DNA of 64,000 nucleotides from Acutalibacteraceae bacterium (GCA_045603005.1 JAZULG010000124.1:8124-72123); one strand, 5' to 3'; counted from the stretch's first letter, positions 1-12,187 are shown. Numbers and translations: made by a program. The notes: generated by a model from the letters alone, not told the origin.

Positions 1-1
1 T

Positions 2-2087
<2,086 letters not shown>

Positions 2088-2126
2088 TCAGCAAAGGCAG
2101 TAATACAAGGTTAAGGAGATGATTTA

Positions 2127-2717
2127 ATGACAGGGCTTGAGAAAATAACCGAAAAAATTCTTCTTGAATCACAGAAGAATTGCGAAAAAATACTCGAAGA
2201 CGGTGCTTCGCAAGTCAAAGAAATCCTGGCTCAGGCAAAGCTGGAGGCTGACAAAAGGGCAGATGAAATTATTAATGCCGCCGAAGCTGAGGCTGATAAG
2301 AAAAACGCCATTGCCAAGAGCAATGCTGAGTCAATTACACGCAACAGATATCTTGAAATAAGAAATGCTATTCTTAACGATGTGATTTCAGCGGCATATG
2401 AGACAATTGAAAAACTTCCCGATAATGAATATTTTGAACTGATCAAGAAGCTCTGCTATAAGCACATACAAATCGGTGAATGCACTATGTTTTTGAGTGG
2501 ATCTGATTTATTCAGGCTCCCTGACGGGTTTGAGGATGAGATTAATTCGGTAATATTTGAAAAGGGTGCCGTACATGTGTCGGAAACTCCCGCTGATATT
2601 GAAAACGGATTTATACTTGTATATGACGGATTTGAAGTTAACTGTACCTTCAGAGCGGTTTTCGATGATGCTATGGAAAATCTGAAGTATACTTTGAGCA
2701 GAGTTCTTTTCAGCTGA
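2127..2717 (+). CDS. ntpE: V-type ATPase subunit E
   Basis: 196 aa with a charged Ala/Lys/Glu-rich coiled-coil N-terminus (AQAKLEADKRADEIINAAEAEADKK) and a globular C-part. Its position between K and C fits the operon order. Confidence 0.75.
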   Translation: MTGLEKITEKILLESQKNCEKILEDGASQVKEILAQAKLEADKRADEIINAAEAEADKKNAIAKSNAESITRNRYLEIRNAILNDVISAAYETIEKLPDNEYFELIKKLCYKHIQIGECTMFLSGSDLFRLPDGFEDEINSVIFEKGAVHVSETPADIENGFILVYDGFEVNCTFRAVFDDAMENLKYTLSRVLFS

Positions 2718-2729
2718 CGGAGGGCGTAT

Positions 2730-3698
2730 ATGAGAGATACTGATTACGCATTCTGCGTCGCTCGTATCAGAGCGTGTGAAACAAAACTTCTTAGTAAGGA
2801 ATTTATTGATAAGCTCATTGATGCTGAGGACTACAGTAGTTCTTTGCGTATGCTCACCAGCGCAGGCTGGATCGAATCCGGTACTGAAAATGAGGATTTT
2901 ATCAGAAAACAAAGCAGTAATCTGTGGCAGCTTCTTTCTGAAAGTGTACCCGAAAAACAAGAGCTTGACGGATTATGTTTACTTAATGACTACTTTAATA
3001 TCAAAACTGCAATAAAGTGTATTGTAGCGGGAGAAAAAGCAGAGGCTTATTTTGTTGAGCCCTCCTCGCTTGATCTTAATAATCTTTCTGAAAGCATTGA
3101 CAGCCGAAGCTACGCTGTGTTAAAGAATGATAAAATGAGACAAACAGCAAAATCGGCTTTTGAAACTGCATGTATTACCAATGACGGACAAAGTGCAGAA
3201 ATTATTATTGATGTAGCAGCACTTGAGGCTCTGCTTGAACTGTCTTTACGCAGCAGGCACACTACATTTTCAAAGATATGCGGCTTTATTGTTGATGTAT
3301 CCAACATAAGAACTGCAATCAGATGCGCAAAAACGGGGAAAAACGCAGGATTTATTGACTCTGCTGTCTCTGCATGCTGTAAAATCAACAGAGACCTTCT
3401 TGTTTCTGAAGCAGCTAAGGGTCAGGAAGCACTGCTTTCGTACCTTATGACATGTGATTACGCGGAAGGAGCAGAGCTTTATATCACAAATCCTGTATTA
3501 TATGATAAATGGTGCGATTCAAAAATACTTGAGATTGCAACTGAATCCGGATATACAGCCTTTGGCTTCAGTCCGGTATGCGCTTATTATTATAAAAAAA
3601 CAGATGAGATAAAAACAGTAAAGCTTATACTGTCTGCGAAAAAATCGGGAATATCAGCTGATTTGCTCAGAGAAAGGGTAAAGGTTGCTTATGCTTAA
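2730..3698 (+). CDS. ntpC: V-type ATPase subunit C
   Basis: 322 aa helical protein. The N-terminus (YAFCVARIRACETKLL) is typical of the V/A-ATPase C (d-type) subunit, and the operon position fits. Confidence 0.75.
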   Translation: MRDTDYAFCVARIRACETKLLSKEFIDKLIDAEDYSSSLRMLTSAGWIESGTENEDFIRKQSSNLWQLLSESVPEKQELDGLCLLNDYFNIKTAIKCIVAGEKAEAYFVEPSSLDLNNLSESIDSRSYAVLKNDKMRQTAKSAFETACITNDGQSAEIIIDVAALEALLELSLRSRHTTFSKICGFIVDVSNIRTAIRCAKTGKNAGFIDSAVSACCKINRDLLVSEAAKGQEALLSYLMTCDYAEGAELYITNPVLYDKWCDSKILEIATESGYTAFGFSPVCAYYYKKTDEIKTVKLILSAKKSGISADLLRERVKVAYA

Positions 3699-4002
3699 AA
3701 TTGCTGTAATGGGTGACCGTGAAAGTGTCTCAGGCTTTGCCTGCCTTGGACTGAACACCTTTTTTATAAATGACAAGGCAACTGCAGAAAGAAAGCTCAG
3801 AGAGCTTTCACGTGAAAACTATGCGATTATTTATATTACTGAAGCTTTGGCTTCTTTAATCAGAGAAGAAATAGATAAATTCAAAGATTACGTTACTCCT
3901 GCTATTATTCTGATACCCGGTGTATCAGGAAATACCGGTGAGGGTATGTCGTCAGTTCTGAGCAGTGTTGAAAGAGCGGTTGGCTCTCAGCTGCTTGACT
4001 GA
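3691..4002 (+). CDS. ntpF: V-type ATPase subunit F
   Basis: ATG 3691 gives MLKIAVMGDRESVSGFACLG, a typical subunit F start. It overlaps the ntpC stop by 8 nt. Confidence 0.8.
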   Translation: MLKIAVMGDRESVSGFACLGLNTFFINDKATAERKLRELSRENYAIIYITEALASLIREEIDKFKDYVTPAIILIPGVSGNTGEGMSSVLSSVERAVGSQLLD

Positions 4003-4032
4003 TAACCATCAAAAGTAAGAAAAGGTGATAAA

Positions 4033-5802
4033 ATGAACGAGGGTATAATTACTAAAATCTCAGGACCTCTTGTTGTTGCATCGGGAATGCAGGATGCAAA
4101 TATGTTTGACGTGGTCAGAGTAAGTGAACTGAACCTTATCGGTGAAATAATCGAGATGCGCTCCGGCAGTGCATCTATTCAGGTGTATGAAGAAACCTCG
4201 GGCCTTAAAACAGGCGAAAAAGTTGTTTCAACAGGGGAGCCTCTCAGCGTTGAACTCGGTCCCGGTCTTATCGGAAATATTTTCGACGGCATTCAGAGAC
4301 CTCTTGTTGAGATTATGAAGCTTTGCGGAAATAATCTTACAAAAGGAATAGAGGTACCGTCGCTCAACAGAGATAAGCTCTGGTTTTTTGAGCCGTGTGT
4401 GTCTGAAGGAGAAAAGGTTTCCGCAGGCGATATAATAGGCTCAATTCAGGAAACAGATGTTGTCTCCCATAAAATAATGGTACCTCCCGGAGTAAGCGGT
4501 ATTATTAAAGAAATTTCCGGCGGAACATGCACTGTTGAAGATGTTGTCGCTATCGTTCTTGATGAAAAGGGTACTGAACACGGGGTTGGTGTCATGCAGA
4601 AATGGCCCGTACGTAAGGGCAGACCTTACAGACAGAAGCTTTCACCCGACAGACCTCTTTTAACAGGTCAACGTGTTGTTGACTCTCTTTTCCCAATTGC
4701 AAAGGGAGGTGTTGCATCAATTCCCGGCCCCTTCGGAAGCGGTAAGACTGTTACCCAGCATCAGCTTGCAAAATGGGCAGATGCTGACATCGTTGTATAT
4801 ATCGGTTGCGGTGAACGAGGAAATGAAATGACCGATGTTCTCAATGAATTTCCCGAGCTAATCGATCCGCATACAGGAAAGTCTCTTATGGAAAGAACTG
4901 TGCTTATTGCAAATACGTCAGATATGCCCGTTGCGGCACGTGAGGCTTCAATATATACAGGTATTACGATTGCAGAATATTTCCGTGATATGGGCTATAA
5001 TGTTGCTCTTATGGCTGACTCCACGTCACGTTGGGCTGAGGCTTTACGTGAAATGTCAGGTCGTCTTGAAGAAATGCCCGGTGAAGAGGGTTATCCTGCT
5101 TACCTCGGCAGCAGGCTTGCTCAGTTTTATGAAAGAGCGGGCAGGATTGTTGCTCTGGGTAAGGATATGAGAGAAGGTACGCTTTCCGTAATCGGTGCTG
5201 TTTCTCCGGCAGGCGGTGATATATCCGAGCCTGTAAGTCAGGCGACTCTCCGTATTGTTAAGGTGTTCTGGGGACTTGATTCATCACTTGCATATAAGCG
5301 CCATTTTCCTGCGATAAATTGGCTTACAAGCTACTCCCTTTACGCAGATTCTCTCGGTAAATGGTTTAACGAAAATGTATCTGAAGACTGGACTTCGCTT
5401 CGTGCACAGATTATGCGCCTTCTTTCCGAGGAGGCTGAGCTTGATGAAATGGTTAAGCTTGTCGGTATGGATGCTCTTTCTGCATCTGACAGGCTTAAGA
5501 TGGAGTCAGCGCGTTCAATAAGAGAGGACTTCCTTCATCAGCTTGCATTCCATGAAACAGATACTTACACATCGGCTGATAAACAGCTTCTTATGATGAA
5601 GCTCGTGTGTGCATTTTATAATAAATCTGCTGAAGCTCTTGATGGCGGTGCGGATATCAATAAAATTTCCGCTATGCCTGTAAGAGAAAATATCGGCAGA
5701 TTCAAATATGTACCGGAAGCTGAGGCGGCCGAAACCTTTGATAAAATTATTACAGATCTGTCTGAACAGCTTAATAACTGCAAGGAAGGAGAGGATTACT
5801 GA
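4033..5802 (+). CDS. ntpA: V-type ATPase catalytic subunit A
   Basis: Walker [10 protein letters not shown], with GCGERGNEM and [10 protein letters not shown] motifs; 589 aa. Confidence 0.95.
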   Translation: MNEGIITKISGPLVVASGMQDANMFDVVRVSELNLIGEIIEMRSGSASIQVYEETSGLKTGEKVVSTGEPLSVELGPGLIGNIFDGIQRPLVEIMKLCGNNLTKGIEVPSLNRDKLWFFEPCVSEGEKVSAGDIIGSIQETDVVSHKIMVPPGVSGIIKEISGGTCTVEDVVAIVLDEKGTEHGVGVMQKWPVRKGRPYRQKLSPDRPLLTGQRVVDSLFPIAKGGVASIPGPFGSGKTVTQHQLAKWADADIVVYIGCGERGNEMTDVLNEFPELIDPHTGKSLMERTVLIANTSDMPVAAREASIYTGITIAEYFRDMGYNVALMADSTSRWAEALREMSGRLEEMPGEEGYPAYLGSRLAQFYERAGRIVALGKDMREGTLSVIGAVSPAGGDISEPVSQATLRIVKVFWGLDSSLAYKRHFPAINWLTSYSLYADSLGKWFNENVSEDWTSLRAQIMRLLSEEAELDEMVKLVGMDALSASDRLKMESARSIREDFLHQLAFHETDTYTSADKQLLMMKLVCAFYNKSAEALDGGADINKISAMPVRENIGRFKYVPEAEAAETFDKIITDLSEQLNNCKEGEDY

Positions 5803-7175
5803 TGTCAAAAGAATACAGAACTATAAGTGAAGTTGCAGGTCCTCTTGTGCTTATACGCAGTGTTGATAATGTTGCATATAATGAACTTGGTGAGATAGAG
5901 CTTAAAAACGGTGATAAAAAGCGTTGCCGTGTTCTTGAAGTTAACGGCACTGACGTACTTGTTCAGCTTTTTGAATCTTCAACCGGTATTAACCTTTCGG
6001 ACAGTAAGGTAAGATTTCTCGGAAAACAGATGGAACTCGGCGTATCCGAGGATATGCTTGGTAGAGTTTTTGACGGACTCGGAAGGCCGGTAGACGGAGG
6101 AGCTCCCATAATTCCCGAGAAAAGATTGGATATAAACGGAACTCCTATGAATCCCGCTGCCCGTCAGTACCCCCAGGAATTTATACAGACGGGTATTTCG
6201 GCAATCGACGGACTTAATACTCTGGTACGCGGTCAGAAGCTTCCTATATTCTCTGCTTCGGGACTTCCCCACGCTGAACTTGCTGCACAGATTGCAAGGC
6301 AGGCTAAGGTAAGAGGCAGTGACGATAAGTTTGCAGTTGTTTTTGCTGCTATGGGTATTACCTTTGAGGAGTCAGATTTCTTTGTACGCTCCTTCAGAGA
6401 AACGGGCGCTATAGACAGAACCGTTATGTTTTCAAATCTTGCAAATGACCCTGCAATTGAAAGAATTGCAACACCAAAGATGGCTATGACTGCGGCTGAA
6501 TATCTGGCTTTTGACAAGGGCATGCACGTTCTTGTTATAATGACAGATATCACTAACTATGCCGATGCACTCAGAGAAGTATCTGCCGCGAGAAAGGAAG
6601 TACCTGCAAGACGAGGCTATCCTGGATATATGTATACCGACCTTGCTTCAATTTATGAGCGAGCAGGCAGACAGTACGGCAAAAACGGCTCAATAACTCT
6701 TATTCCGATCCTTTCAATGCCCGAGGATGATAAAACACATCCTATCCCTGACCTTACAGGCTACATTACAGAGGGACAGATTATACTTTCAAGAGAATTA
6801 TACAGAAAGAGCATTATACCTCCAATTGATGTTCTTCCTTCACTTTCGAGACTTAAAGATAAGGGCATCGGTGAAGGAAAAACAAGAGCGGACCACTCCA
6901 ATACAATGAATCAGCTTTTTTCTGCGTATGCAAGAGGTAAGGAATGCAAAGAGCTTATGGTTATTCTCGGAGAAGCAGCACTTACCGATATCGATAAGCT
7001 TTACGCGAAATTTGCTGAGGCCTTTGAGCAGGAATACGTTTCTCAGGGCAGTTCTACAGACAGAAGCATCGAAGAAACTCTTTCAATCGGCTGGAAGCTT
7101 CTTTCTATTCTGCCGAGAAGCGAGCTTAAACGTATCTCTGATAAGTTCCTTGATGAATACTACATTGAAAAGTAG
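5802..7175 (+). CDS. ntpB: V-type ATPase subunit B
   Basis: 457 aa, homologous to the A/B family without a canonical P-loop (SASGLPH). [20 protein letters not shown] is present. TGATG 1-nt overlap with ntpA. Confidence 0.95.
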   Translation: MSKEYRTISEVAGPLVLIRSVDNVAYNELGEIELKNGDKKRCRVLEVNGTDVLVQLFESSTGINLSDSKVRFLGKQMELGVSEDMLGRVFDGLGRPVDGGAPIIPEKRLDINGTPMNPAARQYPQEFIQTGISAIDGLNTLVRGQKLPIFSASGLPHAELAAQIARQAKVRGSDDKFAVVFAAMGITFEESDFFVRSFRETGAIDRTVMFSNLANDPAIERIATPKMAMTAAEYLAFDKGMHVLVIMTDITNYADALREVSAARKEVPARRGYPGYMYTDLASIYERAGRQYGKNGSITLIPILSMPEDDKTHPIPDLTGYITEGQIILSRELYRKSIIPPIDVLPSLSRLKDKGIGEGKTRADHSNTMNQLFSAYARGKECKELMVILGEAALTDIDKLYAKFAEAFEQEYVSQGSSTDRSIEETLSIGWKLLSILPRSELKRISDKFLDEYYIEK

Positions 7176-7183
7176 GTGATTTT

Positions 7184-7834
7184 TTGGCAGTGTTAAATGT
7201 AAATCCTACACGTATGGAGCTTACAAATCTTAAAAGAAAGCTTATTACCGCCAGAAAAGGCCACAAGCTTCTTAAAGATAAGAGAGATGAGCTTATGAGG
7301 CGTTTTCTCGAGCTTGTTAGAGAAAACAAGGAGCTCAGAATCAAGGTTGAAGAGGGCATCCGTAAGGCTAATATGCATATGTCTCTTGCTTGCAGCACAA
7401 TGAGTGAGGAAAGTGTTGCCGTTGCGCTTATGCTTCCGTCTCAGAGTATGAGTGTTGAGCTTAAAGAGAAAAATATTATGAGTGTTATTGTGCCTGAATA
7501 CGAGCCGGTTTTCAAAACCGCTCAGGAGGGTAGTATATATTCATACGGATTTGCTTTTACATCAGGCGATCTTGATGATGCGGTTAAAGCATTGTCTGAT
7601 ATTATGCCCGATATGCTCAGACTTGCTGAGGTTGAGAAGACCTGTCAGCTTCTTTCTGCCGAGATTGAAAAAACAAGGCGCAGAGTAAATGCACTCGAGC
7701 ACGTTATGATACCTGATTATACAGACACAATCAGATTTATAAAAATGAAGCTTGATGAAAACGAGAGAAGCACTACTGCACGTCTTATGAAAATCAAGGA
7801 TATGATGCTTGAAAATGCACATAATTACAAATAA
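7184..7834 (+). CDS. ntpD: V-type ATPase subunit D
   Basis: NPTRMELTNLKRKLITARKGHKLLKDKRDEL is the classic subunit D N-terminus. TTG/GTG start region at 7184-7192. Confidence 0.9.
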   Translation: MAVLNVNPTRMELTNLKRKLITARKGHKLLKDKRDELMRRFLELVRENKELRIKVEEGIRKANMHMSLACSTMSEESVAVALMLPSQSMSVELKEKNIMSVIVPEYEPVFKTAQEGSIYSYGFAFTSGDLDDAVKALSDIMPDMLRLAEVEKTCQLLSAEIEKTRRRVNALEHVMIPDYTDTIRFIKMKLDENERSTTARLMKIKDMMLENAHNYK

Positions 7835-7836
7835 AG

Positions 7837-7871
7837 CTCAGGAGCGTCTTTTAAACAGGTGCTCCTGATTT
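7837..7871 (+). terminator. Rho-independent terminator after the ntp operon
   Basis: 8-bp stem TCAGGAGC (7837-7844) pairs with GCTCCTGA (7860-7867), followed by TTTT. Confidence 0.65.
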
Positions 7872-7881
7872 TGAGGATAAT

Positions 7882-8661
7882 ATGACTGATAAAGAAATTC
7901 TGATATCTCGCACATATGATAAAAAGGAAGAAGCAGATAAAAATATGATGATTACACATACTGTATTTTTATCTGTCGACGAAATAAGTGAAACAGGATT
8001 TGCCTGTATAAAAAGTCTCGATGGACTTAGAATCTTTTTCTACGGCGGAATTCCCGATGCGGAGCGCAGAGCGATATTCTTTGTGCCCGAGTGCTTTGGA
8101 ATTCAGGATATAGGGGAATATTACAATGAAGTAAAAGTGGATAATCCTTTAGTTGCGATAAAGGTCACAAAGGATAGGTTTTCATCTCTTTCTCACCGTG
8201 ATTATCTCGGCGCTCTTATGGGACTCGGAATAAAAAGGGAGCAGATAGGGGACATTGTTGTTTCTGAAGATGGAGCATACATTATATGCTTCAGAAATAT
8301 TGCACTTTTTATTACTGAAAATCTGAAAAAGAGCGGCAAGGGTACTATTACGTGCTTCGTAACTGATATAAGTGAAGTTGAGTTGCCTAATGAAAAAACA
8401 GAAACAAAATTTCATTCGGTCGCCTCTCTCAGACTTGACAATATTATATCTGCCGGATTTTCTGTACCTCGTTCATCGTGTAATGAATATATAAATAAAG
8501 GGCTTGTTTATGTAAATTCTGTAAAAACTCTCAAAAGCGATGCACCGGTGAAAGAAAACGATAAGATTGTACTCAGAGGTAAAGGGAAAATAGTTTTAGC
8601 TGAGATGATCGGTGAAAATAAGAAGGGCAGAATCCATATAAATATCAGACATTTCCTATGA
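7882..8661 (+). CDS. ylmH: YlmH-like S4-domain RNA-binding protein
   Basis: The central HRDYLGALMGLGIKREQIGDI and the C-terminal S4-like SLRLDNIISAGF...NKGLVYVNSV...DKIVLRGKG match the B. subtilis YlmH layout as I recall it. Confidence 0.7.
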   Translation: MTDKEILISRTYDKKEEADKNMMITHTVFLSVDEISETGFACIKSLDGLRIFFYGGIPDAERRAIFFVPECFGIQDIGEYYNEVKVDNPLVAIKVTKDRFSSLSHRDYLGALMGLGIKREQIGDIVVSEDGAYIICFRNIALFITENLKKSGKGTITCFVTDISEVELPNEKTETKFHSVASLRLDNIISAGFSVPRSSCNEYINKGLVYVNSVKTLKSDAPVKENDKIVLRGKGKIVLAEMIGENKKGRIHINIRHFL

Positions 8662-8669
8662 TATGTATA

Positions 8670-8713
8670 AATCACCTGTAAACACAAATGATAGTTACAG
8701 GTGATTATTTTAT
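8670..8713 (+). terminator. Rho-independent terminator overlapping the SD and start of the next gene
   Basis: Perfect 12-bp stem AATCACCTGTAA (8670-8681) pairs with TTACAGGTGATT (8695-8706), then ATTTTAT. Confidence 0.75.
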
Positions 8714-10139
8714 GTTAAATTTCTCATTGAGGTATGCAGCTAATCTTTCTATAATAAACAAAACACTCCGTATCGGTGAAAGCTTTGATATAATTGTTAA
8801 GCGAATTGAAATTGCCGGCAGAAAGGCAACGATATACTGTATAGACGGATTTGTTAAGGATGAAATGTTTGAGAAAATGCTGGAATATCTTGCAAAGCTG
8901 ACAAAAGCTGATATGGAAGGAATATCCTCAGCCGATGACTTTACAGACAGACACATTACTTATATCGAAACAAATGTAGAAGCAAGTGTTGATAAGTTTG
9001 TTACATTTGTACTCTCCGGAGCTTGCGGAATGCTGGTCGAGGGCTTCGATAAGGGTATTATAATCGATTGCAGAACCTATCCTGCAAGAAATGTTCAGGA
9101 GCCTGAATCTGATAAGGTGCTGAGAGGCTCGCATGAAGGCTTTGTTGAAACAGTGATTTTCAACACCTGTCTAATAAGGCGAAAAATAAGAAACACAATG
9201 TTGACTTTAAAATCCTTTCAGGTCGGAAACGAGTCTAAAACGGATATTATTGTTTGCTATCTTGAGGATTCGGTAAACCGAAAGCAGCTGAAGATTCTTA
9301 CGGAAAAGCTTAACAATATCGATGTAAAAGGGCTTCCTATGACACAGGAAAGTCTCAAGGAATGCCTTATACCGGGTCAATTCTGGAATCCGTTTCCGAG
9401 AGTCAGATATACGGAAAGACCCGATACCGCAGCAGCTTGCATTTTTGACGGAAATATCATTATTCTCACCGACGGATCACCGTCGGCGATGATTATTCCT
9501 ACCGGCATTTTTGATTTTGTGCAGGATATAAACGATTATTACTTTTCACCGCTTGTAGGAAGCTTTTTAAGGCTGATTCGCTGCAGCGTGTTTTTTCTTT
9601 CTATGTTTTTTATTCCGATATGGTATCTCATAACCGAGTATCATACGAGGTTACCTGATTTTCTGAAATTTATGCTCATCGAAGAGCCGAACACTGTACC
9701 GATAATTGCTCAGCTTCTTATAGTTGAATTTGTTATTGATACATTGCGGCTTGCCTCTTTGAATACACCAAGTGCACTAAGTAATTCATTCAGTGTAGTC
9801 GGTGCACTCGTGCTTGGTGAATTTGCAGTAAAATCCGGTTGGTTTGTCCCTGAGGTAGTGCTCTTTATGGCATTTGTTGCCATTTCAAATTTCACTCAGC
9901 CGAGCTTTGAATTAGGGTACGCGATAAAAATTTCCCGTACTTTTATTCTTATACTTTGCGGATTTTTTAAAATTGTCGGATTTGTTTCCGGCACAGTTAT
10001 AATTCTCATCGTTATTGCATCAACAAAAACACTCGAAGGGCACACCTATCTTTACCCGATTATACCGTTTAACAAGGGAGCGTTGCGAAGTCTGATCATC
10101 AGACGTCAGATTAAATGTTCATATAAAAATGAAAAATAA
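8712..10139 (+). CDS. GerA-family spore germination protein (GerAA/SpoVAF type), orphan
   Basis: Soluble N-domain (IYCIDGFVKDE, GMLVEGFDKGIIIDCRTYPAR, ESDKVLRGSHEGFVE) plus a C-terminal multi-TM region. I chose ATG 8712 because the track's 8688 start lies inside the terminator loop. Confidence 0.75.
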   Translation: MLNFSLRYAANLSIINKTLRIGESFDIIVKRIEIAGRKATIYCIDGFVKDEMFEKMLEYLAKLTKADMEGISSADDFTDRHITYIETNVEASVDKFVTFVLSGACGMLVEGFDKGIIIDCRTYPARNVQEPESDKVLRGSHEGFVETVIFNTCLIRRKIRNTMLTLKSFQVGNESKTDIIVCYLEDSVNRKQLKILTEKLNNIDVKGLPMTQESLKECLIPGQFWNPFPRVRYTERPDTAAACIFDGNIIILTDGSPSAMIIPTGIFDFVQDINDYYFSPLVGSFLRLIRCSVFFLSMFFIPIWYLITEYHTRLPDFLKFMLIEEPNTVPIIAQLLIVEFVIDTLRLASLNTPSALSNSFSVVGALVLGEFAVKSGWFVPEVVLFMAFVAISNFTQPSFELGYAIKISRTFILILCGFFKIVGFVSGTVIILIVIASTKTLEGHTYLYPIIPFNKGALRSLIIRRQIKCSYKNEK

Positions 10140-10140
10140 T

Positions 10141-10192
10141 AAAAATCTGTCATAATACTGTGTTAAACACATGTAAAATGACAGATTTTTTT
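10141..10192. terminator. Bidirectional terminator between convergent genes
   Basis: Perfect 13-bp stem AAAAATCTGTCAT (10141-10153) pairs with ATGACAGATTTTT (10178-10190). It is A-rich on one side and T-rich on the other. Confidence 0.75.
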
Positions 10193-10193
10193 A

Positions 10194-10412
10194 TCAGAGC
10201 TTAAAGTCTTCTTCGCTGTAATCGTTGTTTATACGGGCTCTTTCAGGCTTACGTCTGAGAGGGTCGTATTCATAGTGGTGACATTTGCTTTGCGGATCAA
10301 CAATACCGTTTTTTTCGCATAAAACGGACTCCATATCCTTCGGCATACGTCCGTAGCGGCAATTCATACATATCTGAGAATATTTCTTTTTATCGATAAT
10401 TTTCTGTCTCAT
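10194..10412 (-). CDS. Small Cys4 (zinc-ribbon-like) hypothetical protein, 72 aa
   Basis: MRQKIIDKKKYSQICMNCRYGR...VLCEKNG...SKCHHYEYDPL has a CxxC plus two further Cys. The ATG at 10412 follows AGGTGG with short spacing. It is the only minus-strand gene in the first 61 kb. Confidence 0.55.
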   Translation of the reverse strand: MRQKIIDKKKYSQICMNCRYGRMPKDMESVLCEKNGIVDPQSKCHHYEYDPLRRKPERARINNDYSEEDFKL

Positions 10413-10545
10413 ATTCCACCTGCACAACTAATTTTTAAGTTATTTTATCACATTATTTAGTTTTTTGCAATAGATAGGCGCACAACTGTTGTTCTAATAA
10501 AATGCGAGGGACACATATATTGATACAAAAGAGCAAGGAGGTAAT

Positions 10546-11532
10546 GTGGTGAGGACTAAAAATCAGTATGACAGTGCAATCTCAGGCTTATGCGATGAAA
10601 TCAGAGATATGCTTTTAAAAGTTGACGATGAAGTAAAAGAAGGCTGCACCGAAGTACGGATAAGGGCAGAAAAACCTATAATTGTTGTAAGCAAAGGAAG
10701 AAAGTACGGAGTTAATGAATACGGTGATACAGTAAAGCCGAATGCAGGGGTTATATGTACAAAGGATATGCTTCAGCAGTCTTTTTCACGGTTATGTGAC
10801 TATTCGGTACATACACACAGCAATGAGCTTAAAAGCGGTTTTATTACCGTAAAGGGAGGTCACCGTATCGGTATTACCGGAAATGCTGTGTTGAATTCTG
10901 AAAGCAATATAACTGCAATACGCGATATTTCCTCTTTATGCATAAGAGTTGCCAGAGAGATAAACGGATGTGCTCGGGAGTTGTACGATGAAGTGATTTA
11001 TAACACAAAAAGTAATATTATTCTTGCAGGACCTCCATCAAGCGGAAAAACAACAGTATTAAGAGATCTCGTGAGAATAATATCCGACGATAGTATTAAT
11101 GTATGTGTGATTGATGAAAGGCAGGAAATTGCCTCGATGAATAGCGGTATATGCTATAACGATGTTGGAATTAATACAGATGTTTATTACGGATATCCGA
11201 AGAAGTATGCAATTAATATGTCAGTTCGTACTATGTCGCCAGAGGTGCTTGCTGTTGATGAAATCTGCGATGATGAGGAAATTGAGGCGGTTGTCAGGGC
11301 GGCAAATTGCGGAGTTCGAATGATAGTAACGATGCATGCAACAGATATTAAAGATATAGCAATAAAATATCATTCGCTTTCGCTTTTAAGAACGGGCGTT
11401 TTTGATAAAGTTGTAATTCTGAAGTGTGAAAACGGTGTTTATTCTAAAACTGTACACAGTATAGAGGAGATAAACGATGAGATTTATCGGTGCAGGACTT
11501 ATATGGATAAGCTTTTTTATGATGGGGCTTAA
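10546..11532 (+). CDS. spoIIIAA: Stage III sporulation protein AA (ATPase)
   Basis: Walker A GPPSSGKTT and Walker B-like VLAVDEI. GTG start follows AAGGAGG (10535-10541). First gene of an 8-gene AA-AH series. Confidence 0.9.
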   Translation: MVRTKNQYDSAISGLCDEIRDMLLKVDDEVKEGCTEVRIRAEKPIIVVSKGRKYGVNEYGDTVKPNAGVICTKDMLQQSFSRLCDYSVHTHSNELKSGFITVKGGHRIGITGNAVLNSESNITAIRDISSLCIRVAREINGCARELYDEVIYNTKSNIILAGPPSSGKTTVLRDLVRIISDDSINVCVIDERQEIASMNSGICYNDVGINTDVYYGYPKKYAINMSVRTMSPEVLAVDEICDDEEIEAVVRAANCGVRMIVTMHATDIKDIAIKYHSLSLLRTGVFDKVVILKCENGVYSKTVHSIEEINDEIYRCRTYMDKLFYDGA

Positions 11533-11980
11533 GGTTTCTGAGATGCTGAAAAAGAGATATATCATATTTGAAGAATTACTGCTGATGGCACAGGAAATTT
11601 CTAACGGTATCTGTTATCTCAACCTTCCTCTTGTCGAAATACTTGTCGGTATTGAAAGAAACGGAATATGTAAAAACCTTGAATTCCTCACTTCTTTCAG
11701 CAAACTGACAGATTCGGGAAAAGATTTCCCGGATGCCTGGAAGCACTCGCTGAGCAGCAGCAAATGGCCGTTAAAAAGAGAGGAAACAGGCAAAATACTT
11801 AGCTTTGGCCTATCTCTCGGAAAATCTGACTCCGAAAATCATAAGGGTATTTTGAAGCTTTATACTGCTCAGATAAAGCAATATGCCGATGAAGCACACG
11901 AAATCAGAAAAAAGCACTCTTTCACATCTGTAACAGTCGGTCTGCTCTGCGGCGGCGCAGTATTTATATTACTGATATAG
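11477..11980 (+). CDS. spoIIIAB: Stage III sporulation protein AB
   Basis: N-terminal TM (FIGAGLIWISFFMMGL), a helical domain and a C-terminal TM, matching the SpoIIIAB layout. It overlaps spoIIIAA by 56 nt. Confidence 0.8.
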   Translation: MRFIGAGLIWISFFMMGLKVSEMLKKRYIIFEELLLMAQEISNGICYLNLPLVEILVGIERNGICKNLEFLTSFSKLTDSGKDFPDAWKHSLSSSKWPLKREETGKILSFGLSLGKSDSENHKGILKLYTAQIKQYADEAHEIRKKHSFTSVTVGLLCGGAVFILLI

Positions 11981-11992
11981 CGGAGGATTTCA

Positions 11993-12187
11993 ATGGAAAT
12001 TGATTTGATTTTTAAAATAGCAGGAATAGGTATAATTGTTTCTATACTCAATCAGATTCTTGCAAGGTCAGATAAAGCAGAATATGTTATGATAACAACA
12101 TTGGCAGGAGTAATGGTTGTTTTTGTAATGCTGATACCATACATAGAGGATTTTTTTGAAATGGTCAGGGATCTGGCTGATTTCTGA
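11993..12187 (+). CDS. spoIIIAC: Stage III sporulation protein AC
   Basis: 64-aa two-TM protein. IFKIAGIGIIVSILNQIL resembles B. subtilis SpoIIIAC (IFQIAGVGIVVAFLHTIL, recalled). Confidence 0.85.
   Translation: MEIDLIFKIAGIGIIVSILNQILARSDKAEYVMITTLAGVMVVFVMLIPYIEDFFEMVRDLADF

Noticed and set aside
2508-2960. Long antisense ORFs of about 150 aa opposite real genes (2508-2960, 35182-35652, 40479-40949, 23843-24217, 13132-13473).
   Set aside because: Each lies fully opposite a motif-verified gene or spans a gene junction. None has a recognisable domain or an SD-start arrangement. This is the typical shadow-ORF effect of codon bias.
10431-10521. A repeated 8-mer GCACAACT (10431-10438 and 10480-10487), and a sigma-E-like element (TAATAAA at 10495-10501, CATATATT at 10514-10521) upstream of spoIIIAA.
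   Set aside because: An 8-mer recurring once in 118 nt is near chance expectation. The sigma-E-like hexamers have a 12-nt spacer instead of the roughly 14 nt in the Bacillus consensus, plus one -10 mismatch. That is too weak to call a feature without transcript mapping.
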